Origin: an uncultured Actinomycetes bacterium
GTDB taxonomy: Bacteria > Actinomycetota > Acidimicrobiia > Spongiisociales > DATADW01
Direction of reading: 5' to 3'
Length of the DNA: 47,933 nt
NCBI GenBank assembly: GCA_963824995.1
Contig: CAWGRK010000009.1
Span: 62,001-109,933 of the forward strand
Position numbers and translations under genes: made by a program. This document shows, one piece after another, positions 22,985 through 30,926 of the stretch. Each line of letters opens with the position of its first letter. Position 1 is the first letter of the stretch. The notes below the pieces were generated by a model. The model saw only the letters and a list, made by a program, of their open reading frames with translations, was not told where the DNA came from and made no database searches.

Positions 22985-23825
22985 GGGTAGGCCCAGCTCG
23001 CGGGTCACGGCTTCGGCGAGGGGTTCCAGATCCCCAGGGTCTAATGGGGCACGAAGTGCAACGATGACGTGGTCGGCACCAGCCTCTACGAAGGCGGCGG
23101 CCTCGGCTGCGGTGGCGGGAAGGTCGCTGCCGGCGAATACCTGGGTCGAGATCTCGATCTCCCCGATCGGCCGGCCCACTTCCTCGCACCTCTGGGAGAG
23201 GACTCCGATCAGCCGGCGGAACTCGCCCGGTTCTCCTCTCGGGTAGTTCCATTGGTCGGCCCAACGAGCCGCGGCTCGAAGTGTGCGCCGCTCCCCTATC
23301 CCGCCGATGACCAATGGCGGCCGTGGCCGCTGCAACGGTTTGGGCTCGCACCTCGCATTTGGTAAGCCGGTAGTGGGTACCGGAGAAGTTGGCAACCGGC
23401 TCGGTCAGCAGCAGGTGGATCACCTCGAGGGCCTCGTCGAAGCGGTCGAACCTCTCACCCAACGGCGGGAGGTCGATGCCGTATGCCTCGTGCTCCTCCT
23501 CATTCCACCCGGCGCCAAGACCCAGCTCGAGGCGGCCGCCAGAGATCACATCGACCGTCGCCGCCATGTTTGCCAGCACCGCAGGGTGGCGATACGTGTT
23601 CCCGGTGACCATCACCCCGAGCCGCAAGCGCTGGGTCACCGCCGCCATCGCAGCGAGGACCGACCACCCCTCCATGCAGGGCCCGGTGGGATCGCCGGCG
23701 ATCGGCACGAAGTGGTCGAAGGTCCATGCGCCGTCGAAGATGTCCGTCTGATCGGCCTCGACCCACACATCCCGCATCGCTTGCCAGGTCGTGTGCATCG
23801 GTGAGGTCTTGATCGAGAAACGCAC
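22973..23825 (-). CDS. LLM-class, probably F420-dependent oxidoreductase; frameshift near 23360
   Basis: WTFDHF, VTGNTYRHPAVLANMAATVD, GRLELGLGAGW; an extra A in an AAA run splits YRLT/NARCEPKP; TATCCT 6 nt before GTG at 23825. Confidence 0.88.
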
Positions 23826-23860
23826 GGTCCGAGGATATGCCCGCTGATCGGTCATGGTGG

Positions 23861-24568
23861 TCAGATCTTGGCAATCGATAGCCAGATCACCACCGCGATG
23901 CACACCCAGGCGACCGCAGTCAGGGCAAGCGACCACACGACTGGTCGGCCGCTCTTCTCGGGGCGGGGTGCGCCCTCCACCGATAGCGATGACAATCCCA
24001 TCACCGATGGGATCAATAGCCGAGTTCCGAAGGTCAGAGCGACCGCGATGGCCACCAGTATCAGCTTGATCGAGAGCCACGTCGCTCCGATCGGTCCGCC
24101 ATCGGCTCCGAGCGAGACGATGGCGGTCACCGCCAGGGCCAGCGTCACCACAACGCGCAGCCAGACATCGGCTGTGCGGGCAAGGCCCGCCATTCGTAAT
24201 TGCCAATCCGCCCGCTCCGCCTGCTGACGGGGGTGACTCACCCAGAACTGAAAGAGCACCGCAATCAGCCAGACGCCTCCGAGCAGAACGCTCCCTCCCA
24301 GGATCACCGGTTCGGAAGCCGCGGTGAAGCCCCATCGCCCCAGAAAGGTGAGGGTGATCCCGAGCGTAAGCAAGAGGATCGACGCCGAGCGGGGGCCGAG
24401 GTCGAGATCCTCCCACAGCACGACCATCTCGGCTCTGGCGGCCGGTGGGCGGCGGTCGTCAGCGGCCCGGTGAAGCACAACGGCGGCGGCGATGTCGGTG
24501 CCCAACCAGAGGGCCACGGCGACGATGTGCAGCGTCTCGAGCAGGTTGTAGTCGAGCAGTCGGGTCAC
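23861..24568 (-). CDS. Hypothetical multi-pass membrane protein
   Basis: 235 aa, about six TM segments, H..A..LWLG.D and DLGPR motifs; GGAGG upstream. Confidence 0.7.
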   Translation of the reverse strand: MTRLLDYNLLETLHIVAVALWLGTDIAAAVVLHRAADDRRPPAARAEMVVLWEDLDLGPRSASILLLTLGITLTFLGRWGFTAASEPVILGGSVLLGGVWLIAVLFQFWVSHPRQQAERADWQLRMAGLARTADVWLRVVVTLALAVTAIVSLGADGGPIGATWLSIKLILVAIAVALTFGTRLLIPSVMGLSSLSVEGAPRPEKSGRPVVWSLALTAVAWVCIAVVIWLSIAKI

Positions 24569-24785
24569 TTGCCCTCCGGCAGGCAGGGTACCGGGAGGGG
24601 CATACGGCCAGGCGATACGACGGAGGCGAAGGAGTCCGGACTCCCGCCGATGAGCCCAGGTATTGGCTGCCTCACAGTGAAGAAAGCCCTCGGATCGGCC
24701 GATAATTCTCAGCGATTACTCAGACGCCGTTCACATCTCCTTCATGTTGCGGTGTCAGTGTGGTGTCGTCGAACATGAGGGAGCA

Positions 24786-24971
24786 ATGCCCGAGATACTC
24801 AGAGGTCGAATAACCCCTAGCGGACGGCGTCCGGCCGCAGTCGGCAAGGTGCGCACCTGCGCGCATGCCGATTGCACAACGAGGCTATCCATGTACAACC
24901 GGGGCAAGACGTGCCACGTCCACGCCCCGACCCGCTATCCGCGGGTGCGCGGGTCGGTGCTCCCGGCTTGA
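24786..24971 (+). CDS. Small basic protein with C-x4-C-x12-C-x2-H motif
   Basis: 61 aa, GAGGGAG upstream of ATG, fills the gap up to the dinB stop. Confidence 0.7.
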   Translation: MPEILRGRITPSGRRPAAVGKVRTCAHADCTTRLSMYNRGKTCHVHAPTRYPRVRGSVLPA

Positions 24972-26204
24972 TCACTCGTGTTCGGCCAGATGCCGGAATT
25001 CGTCGGGAACCAACTTCTCGTCCTCATCGAGTAGGAGCGATGCGCGACCTGCAGCGGTTTTCCCGAACCGCTCCCTGACCCGGTCGAGCGCCTCCTCGGC
25101 CGCCAGTCGGGTTGCACCTGCAGGGGTTCCGGGGCGGATAGGGTCGTCGCCCTCCACCGGCAACTCGAGTTGCAGGGGCGCGAGCACCGAAAGGCGACTC
25201 ACCGAGATCGCCAACAGAGTCACCGGACCGTCACTCGCCGCCAGACCATCTGCAAGGAGCGATAGTCCCACGCTGTGGAGTGCGCTGCTCGTCGCCACCG
25301 GGGCCGACAACGTCCGTGCTCTGGTCACCGAGCGTTCCTGACGGAAACGCACCCGGACCGTGATCGTGCGACCCGCCCGATCCTTGGCGCGCATTCGCCT
25401 CGCCACGCGCTCGGCGATTCCGAGCAGAACGTGGCTGAGCCTGTCGGGGTCACACGTGCCGCGGATCGCCGACTGAGACCCGATCGATCCCGCCGCACCG
25501 ACATGGACCACCGCCCTTGGGTCGCGGTTCCAGGCGAGTGCGTGGAGGTGCCGTCCGGCACCCGGTCCGAGCCAGCTCACCAGCGCCCCCTCTGGGACCT
25601 TCGCCAGGTCGCCGACGGTGAGGATCCCCCGATCAGCCAGACGGGCGCCGAGCACCTGTCCGACACCCCAAACCCGGGTGACGGGGAGTGGGTGGAGGAA
25701 TTCGAGTTCCTCGCCCTCTGGCACGACGACCAGTCCGTCGGGCTTGGCCACGGCGGAGGCGATCTTGGCGAGGAACTTGGTGCTGGCGACACCCACCGAC
25801 AGGGCCAGCCCGGTCTCTCCACGGACCCGCTCCCTCAACTCCCGAGCGATCGTCACCGGTTCACCCAGGATCCGCCTCGCACCTGACACCTGGAGGAATG
25901 CTTCGTCGATCGAAATCTGTTCGATGGCGGGGGTGTAGTCGCCACAGAGCTCGAACACCCGACGAGACATGTCGAGGTAGTCGGAGAAGGAGCCACCGAC
26001 GACCACCGCCCATGGGCACAGTTCCAGAGCCCGCCAAGTCGGCATCGGAGCGGTTATGCCGAACTTTCTCGCCTCATAGCTGGCGGCGAGAACCACGCCT
26101 CCACCGACGAGCACCGGCTTCCCCGCCAACTCGGGATGGAGCACCTGCTCGACCGAGGCGTAGAAGGCGTCGAGATCGCAGTGGAGGATGGTGGCGGCGC
26201 CCAT
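24972..26204 (-). CDS. dinB: DNA polymerase IV (Y family)
   Basis: ILHCDLDAFYASVEQ, ASYEARKFG, SIDEAF, AKIAS..AKPDG, VWGVG. Confidence 0.95.
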   Translation of the reverse strand: MGAATILHCDLDAFYASVEQVLHPELAGKPVLVGGGVVLAASYEARKFGITAPMPTWRALELCPWAVVVGGSFSDYLDMSRRVFELCGDYTPAIEQISIDEAFLQVSGARRILGEPVTIARELRERVRGETGLALSVGVASTKFLAKIASAVAKPDGLVVVPEGEELEFLHPLPVTRVWGVGQVLGARLADRGILTVGDLAKVPEGALVSWLGPGAGRHLHALAWNRDPRAVVHVGAAGSIGSQSAIRGTCDPDRLSHVLLGIAERVARRMRAKDRAGRTITVRVRFRQERSVTRARTLSAPVATSSALHSVGLSLLADGLAASDGPVTLLAISVSRLSVLAPLQLELPVEGDDPIRPGTPAGATRLAAEEALDRVRERFGKTAAGRASLLLDEDEKLVPDEFRHLAEHE

Positions 26205-26377
26205 TCCCACAGCTTGCCACCGGCCAGCGACATGGCGAGACCGCAGACGGAAGACGGAAGAGGGAAGATCGCCTCAAGCGATGAGCATTTGAAGCGGACT
26301 TCCTCGGCGCGCCACTGCCGATCCGGAAAGGTCTCATCTGCGCACCACAACCGGCCGCTCCGCCAATGAAATGGGAT

Positions 26378-26437
26378 GTCCGCCGTCCGCCGTCCGCCGT
26401 CCGCCGTCCGCCGTCGGCCCGCCGTCTGCCGTCTGCA
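26378..26437 (+). repeat. Tandem heptamer repeat (GTCCGCC)x5 plus degenerate units
   Basis: Five perfect units at 26378-26412, then GTCGGCC, GTCTGCC, GTCTGCA. Confidence 0.92.
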
Positions 26438-26489
26438 GTCCTGTACTGGCACTAGCCTCCTTGTCGCCGATACCGGGAGGCGGACGGGC

Positions 26490-27065
26490 GTGGACAGCAC
26501 GCCGTGGGCGAGTGATGCCGATGTGATCGTGGCCTCGTGGCACGATCCGGTGCGCTTCGAGGTGGTGTTCAGCCGTCACTTCGGAACCGTGTACCGGTTC
26601 CTGGCCGGGCGGGCACCGCGCGACGAGGCAGCCGACCTCGCCGCAGAGGTCTTCGTCCGTGCATTCGCCCGCCGCCGCAGATACCGGCCCGACCGGCCAT
26701 CGGCTTTGCCCTGGCTGTTCGGGATGGCGGTCAATGTCCTTCGGGAGTGGAGCAGAAGGGCGGCGCGCGCCGACCGGGCTCACCGGCGCACGACATCGGA
26801 CTTCCATGTCGACGTTGATTCCGGGGACGCCGAGGCCAGGATGGATGCAGGCGAATCGGTGCCAGCGCTGCGACGGGCGCTAGCCGGTCTCAGCCTCGAC
26901 GAGTACAACGTGCTGGTCCTCGCCGCCCTCCATCAATTGACCTATCCCGAGATCGCCGATGCTCTCGGCATCCCACTTGGGACGGTTCGCTCGAGGCTGG
27001 CCAGGGCTCGCCGAAGGGCAAGAGAACTGATCGGGCCCGATCGGCGAATCTATATGGACGGCTGA
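26490..27065 (+). CDS. ECF RNA polymerase sigma-70 factor
   Basis: DLAAEVF, LPWLFGMAVN (region 2), LTYPEIADALGIPLGTVRSRLARARRR (region 4); ORF-track N-terminal extension is translated repeat. Confidence 0.92.
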   Translation: MDSTPWASDADVIVASWHDPVRFEVVFSRHFGTVYRFLAGRAPRDEAADLAAEVFVRAFARRRRYRPDRPSALPWLFGMAVNVLREWSRRAARADRAHRRTTSDFHVDVDSGDAEARMDAGESVPALRRALAGLSLDEYNVLVLAALHQLTYPEIADALGIPLGTVRSRLARARRRARELIGPDRRIYMDG

Positions 27066-27080
27066 CGAGGACGACTGATC

Positions 27081-28016
27081 GTGGATGACTTGAACGGGCT
27101 TGGCGACGACTTCGAACAAGTGTCGCCGGACCCGGCCGACGAGGCATCGGCTAGAGCCCGGCTCAGGAGGGCGATCAGCGTCGAGAGGCGCCACTGGGCT
27201 AGCGGCCCCTGGGTGGCGCTGGCGGCGATGGTTGTGGTGCTGGCCGCTGTCGGCGCGGTGGCGTTGCGACCCCTACCCCTCGAACCACCGGTCGCCTCGC
27301 TGCTCCAGGTGGCCGATGCCGTAGCTTCACTTCCCGCGGTCCCTTTGGACGGAGACGGCTACTACCTGACCCGATCCGAGAGGCTGGTCCTGACCACGGT
27401 CAAAGCCGAGGAGCCGGTGGTCAGCTTCCTTCAGCCATCGCAACGCGAGGTGTGGGTGGCAGCGGATGGCACCACACGGGTTCGGACCACATACGGGACC
27501 CCCCGATTCCTCACCGCCGAGGACCGGACGGCGTTCGAGTTGTCGGGCCTGGCACCAAGCCACGAGTCGGGCGACACCGTCGTTCACGTGTACGGCCCGG
27601 ACGAATACGTGACCGACCCGGGCGTATGGCCATCGGACGCCCCCCGGTTGCAGCAGGCGCTGCTGGAGCGACTTGGACCCGCCGACCAGCAACCGCACGC
27701 CCTGCGGCTCCTCCTGAGCGCGGTCGAACTGATACGGGAGAATGGTGCCGACCCTTCACTCCGCGCCGCCGTACTGCGTGTGATCGCCGGTGTGCCCGGG
27801 ATCCAGGTGAGCGGGACCCCCGAACTGGTGACGGTGGTATTCGACGGGTCCCTCCCCGACCGCACCGAACGCAGGGTCTACACGTTCGACGCCTCCACGG
27901 GCCACCTGCTGAGCGAGTCGGTGACCGTCGTGAACGGTGAGCACCCTCGGCGCACCGTGTTCAGTTCGCGCTACGAGCCGCCCATCCAGGTCACAGGAGA
28001 CCCCGGCCGTTCCTGA
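27081..28016 (+). CDS. Putative membrane-anchored anti-sigma factor (CU044_5270-like)
   Basis: Directly after the ECF gene; short cytoplasmic N-terminus (ARARLRRAI), one TM, REVWVAADG, P.LRAAVLRVIA..PG, FD..TG.LL. Confidence 0.65.
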   Translation: MDDLNGLGDDFEQVSPDPADEASARARLRRAISVERRHWASGPWVALAAMVVVLAAVGAVALRPLPLEPPVASLLQVADAVASLPAVPLDGDGYYLTRSERLVLTTVKAEEPVVSFLQPSQREVWVAADGTTRVRTTYGTPRFLTAEDRTAFELSGLAPSHESGDTVVHVYGPDEYVTDPGVWPSDAPRLQQALLERLGPADQQPHALRLLLSAVELIRENGADPSLRAAVLRVIAGVPGIQVSGTPELVTVVFDGSLPDRTERRVYTFDASTGHLLSESVTVVNGEHPRRTVFSSRYEPPIQVTGDPGRS

Positions 28017-28103
28017 TCGGGCGAGAACCGGCCGCACCCTTTCGGCCAACACTTGATGAGGGGGCGTTGGTGCGCCTCCTCGCATGAACCGGAAGGAGCA
28101 CCG

Positions 28104-28229
28104 ATGAAGCGACTGATGTTGGCTCTGGGCCTGGCGGGGATTCTCGTTCTAGGCGTCGCCTGCACATCCGATGGCGGCGACGACGGAACGGATTCCACGG
28201 TGAGCTCGGAGACCACAGCAGGCGGCTGA
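28104..28229 (+). CDS. Small lipoprotein (41 aa)
   Basis: GAAGGAG RBS; MKRLMLALGLAGILVLGVAC-TSDGGDDGTDSTVSSETTAGG; below the ORF-track cutoff. Confidence 0.72.
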   Translation: MKRLMLALGLAGILVLGVACTSDGGDDGTDSTVSSETTAGG

Positions 28230-28307
28230 CCTCCAACGGCCGCTTCCCGGTCGTGACGGCCCGGTCCGCGCCGGGCCGTCACGCGCGTCTGGGCTACGTT
28301 TCCCCAC

Positions 28308-28736
28308 ATGGCCAAGCACTACGAGGTGACAACAAGCACTCGCATGATCAACCGCCTCATGGGCGGGGCGGCCAAATTGGGGATCGGGCGCACCGAGGTG
28401 CTCACCACGACGGGGCGAACCAGCGGGGAGCCGCGTCAGGTTCCCGTGAGCCCGATCGGACAGTCAGGTCGGGAGTACATCGTGTCGCCATATGGCGATG
28501 TCGGCTGGGTCCACAACATCCGCGCCGACCCCGACGCCGTGCTCAAACTCGGATCGCGTGAGCGGCGGGTCAGTCTGGAGGAGGTTGGTTCCGATGAGGC
28601 GGCACCCGTCATTGCCGCCTATTACGCCCGCGAAAGTCACGCCCGCCCCTACATGGAAGCCCCAGAGAACCCCACCGTCGACTACTTCCGCGCCTCGGCG
28701 CACCGCTTCCCCGTCTTCAAGGTTTCGCCTCGATAG
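28308..28736 (+). CDS. Deazaflavin (F420)-dependent nitroreductase family protein
   Basis: LTTTGRTSGEPRQVPV, WVHNIRA, FPVF. Confidence 0.88.
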   Translation: MAKHYEVTTSTRMINRLMGGAAKLGIGRTEVLTTTGRTSGEPRQVPVSPIGQSGREYIVSPYGDVGWVHNIRADPDAVLKLGSRERRVSLEEVGSDEAAPVIAAYYARESHARPYMEAPENPTVDYFRASAHRFPVFKVSPR

Positions 28737-28856
28737 GTAGGACGGCTCCGGCCCACGCCAGCCTTGCCATGTCGCCGCGGAGCATGCACAGCCCTCGGAG
28801 TGTGAACAGGCATTGGAGTTTGAGGCTCCCCCTACCCGATTGTCCGCGGCGGGGTG

Positions 28857-28925
28857 CCTTCCCCCATTCGGGGGGACGGAGAGAGGTGCACCTGGGCCCT
28901 TCTCCCCTTCGGGGGGACGGAGAGA
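28857..28925. repeat. Two 28-bp REP-like hairpin-forming direct repeats
   Basis: Copies at 28857-28884 and 28898-28925 share TTCGGGGGGACGGAGAGA exactly; C-run/G-run stems; between convergent genes. Confidence 0.75.
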
Positions 28926-28939
28926 ATTCCAGGGATCGC

Positions 28940-30010
28940 TCACACCGAGAACCTGACGACGATCACGTCACGATCTTGGACTGAGTAGTCGCGGCCTTCG
29001 ACGCGGACTCTTCCTTTGCGCTTCGCCTCGTCCCATCCGCCGGCTGCCATCACCTCGTCGAGCGAGGCGACCTCGGCTCTAATGAACCCCCGTTCCAGGT
29101 CGGTGTGGATGCGCCCCGCCGCCTCTTGCGCCGTCGCCCCGCTGCGCACGGTCCAGGCGTGCGCCTCTTTTGGTCCGAGCGTGTAGAAGGTGATGAGTTC
29201 CAGAGATCTGTAGGCAGCGAACCCGACGGTAGAGAGAGCGCCGCTGCCGAGACCCAGTCCCTCGAGCAACTCGTCACGATCCTCCGGATCGAGTTTGGAT
29301 GCCTCGGCCTCGATTGGCGCTGACAGAGCGACCACCGTGTCGTGCTCCGGCGCCACGGCGGACACAGCATCGACGAGCGCCGTGGGGTCACCATGGTCCT
29401 CGGCGAGGTTGACCACCCACACCATCGGCCGCAGCGTCAGCGGTGCGAGGTCACGGAATGTGGCCAGCTCACCCGATTCCCAGCGGACCGACCGCAGCGG
29501 GGTTCCGCCACCAAGAAGGTCGGCGGCGCGGTTCACCAGTTCGGCCTCACCTCGCTTCGACGGGTCGGCACTCGACTCCTTGGTGACCCTTTCACCCCGC
29601 CTTGCCATGACCTCGTGGTCGGCAATAGTCAACTCGAGAATGAGCTCCTCGGCCTGTGCAACCGGGTCGGTCCCCGATTCGTCTGCCGGAACCGCCGGAT
29701 CCTGGAAGGCTCGCAGCACCGCGGCCAGTGCGTCCACCTCGCGCAACCGGCCAAGGTACTGGCTGCCGAGACCGCCTCCCTTGCCCATCGCCGGCAGGTC
29801 GATCAGGTCAAGGGTCGAGCCCACCAACTTGGCGGACCCTTCGATCCGGGCCGCCTCCTCGAGGTCGGGATCGATGATCCTGGCGACGCCGACATTGGGA
29901 GACATGGTCGAGAACGGGTGCGGTGCGGTGGGGGCATCGAGACCGGTGAGGGCGTTGAAGAGCGTCGTCTTGCCCGAATTTGCGAATCCGACGATCCCTA
30001 TCCGTGGCAT
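28940..30010 (-). CDS. ychF: YchF/Obg-family NTPase with C-terminal TGS (DUF933) domain, divergent
   Basis: GIVGFANSGKTTLFNALT, PFST..PN, AAGRIHTDLERGFIRAEV, GRDYSVQDRDVIVVRF. Confidence 0.85.
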   Translation of the reverse strand: MPRIGIVGFANSGKTTLFNALTGLDAPTAPHPFSTMSPNVGVARIIDPDLEEAARIEGSAKLVGSTLDLIDLPAMGKGGGLGSQYLGRLREVDALAAVLRAFQDPAVPADESGTDPVAQAEELILELTIADHEVMARRGERVTKESSADPSKRGEAELVNRAADLLGGGTPLRSVRWESGELATFRDLAPLTLRPMVWVVNLAEDHGDPTALVDAVSAVAPEHDTVVALSAPIEAEASKLDPEDRDELLEGLGLGSGALSTVGFAAYRSLELITFYTLGPKEAHAWTVRSGATAQEAAGRIHTDLERGFIRAEVASLDEVMAAGGWDEAKRKGRVRVEGRDYSVQDRDVIVVRFSV

Positions 30011-30011
30011 C

Positions 30012-30926
30012 TCAGTTCCCGCTTGCCCGACGAAGCGACCGATAAAGGAGCTGCGGATCACCCAATCGGCGGCGAAGGGCGCGCTCCAATCCCCCTATCG
30101 GGTACAGGTTCTGTGGCGCCCGCGGGTCCTTGTGAAGCGATGAGGCGAACCGGGGCAGTGTCGCCGTCACCCGATCGGCCCACTGTGCCGCCTCGGCAAC
30201 CGGGAGATCGGCCGACGCCTCGCACCGGACGACGCCAGCCAACCCGTGTCCACTGCTCCCCGGAAGCCTGAGATACCACGAGTACCTGCTCCAGACCGTG
30301 GTCGTGACGAAGAGTGGTGAGCGCTCGCCCGCCGCCAGGTCAACGAGCACCGATCGGAGCGCGGGCGGCAGATACATGACCCGGTGCGTCTTCACCAACC
30401 CGATGGCACCACGCACGTGCTGGCGACCGGTGAGTGGGCCATCCACCACGACCAGGTCGGCAGGCGCCAGTCCGACCGTGACCTCACGCTCGAGTTCGCC
30501 CATCCGCTGCTGGACCCCGAGCCACAACTCCTCTGGAGTCTCCCCCGACACTGCACGGACCGCGTAGACGGCGAGCGTGGTGGTCACTTCCTCGGTTCCT
30601 GGAGCTGACGAGAAGACCCCGCGCTCGACCCGGGCCGCTTCGATCGCGGCATTGTCCTTGCAGCAGCGCACCGCCCCGGCGGCATATGTGGCGCAGACAC
30701 CGAGCACCGGCAGATCATCCGGGCGGTCGATCCAGATGTTGGCGTCCACCCGCCGCACCCCGTCGACGAACAGGACGTCTTCTACGGCGTCCAATTCTGG
30801 ACGGAGTGGGCGCCAGGCGCGGGCCGGCATCTCTACGTCAACGTTGGGCGCTTCTGTGGGCTCTTCGAGGGTCGCGTCCACCGGCGCGCCGTACTCGGGG
30901 GCCCATGGCTCGACGACGAATCTCAT
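30012..30926 (-). CDS. nurA: NurA-like nuclease
   Basis: FVDGVRR, VVVDGPL, GLVKT, YSWYLRL, PQNLYPI..LE; position after sbcC. Confidence 0.78.
   Translation of the reverse strand: MRFVVEPWAPEYGAPVDATLEEPTEAPNVDVEMPARAWRPLRPELDAVEDVLFVDGVRRVDANIWIDRPDDLPVLGVCATYAAGAVRCCKDNAAIEAARVERGVFSSAPGTEEVTTTLAVYAVRAVSGETPEELWLGVQQRMGELEREVTVGLAPADLVVVDGPLTGRQHVRGAIGLVKTHRVMYLPPALRSVLVDLAAGERSPLFVTTTVWSRYSWYLRLPGSSGHGLAGVVRCEASADLPVAEAAQWADRVTATLPRFASSLHKDPRAPQNLYPIGGLERALRRRLGDPQLLYRSLRRASGN

Noticed and set aside
23826..24416. N-terminal extension of the LLM oxidoreductase ORF
   Set aside because: Alternative frame of the membrane-protein gene; a -10 element supports the start at 23825
26205..26380. 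LexA/SOS box upstream of dinB
   Set aside because: No TCGAAC-N4-GTTCGA match; only half-sites elsewhere (near 24769 and 41138)
28857..28925. Possible mini CRISPR array
   Set aside because: Only two units with a 13-bp gap and no cas genes
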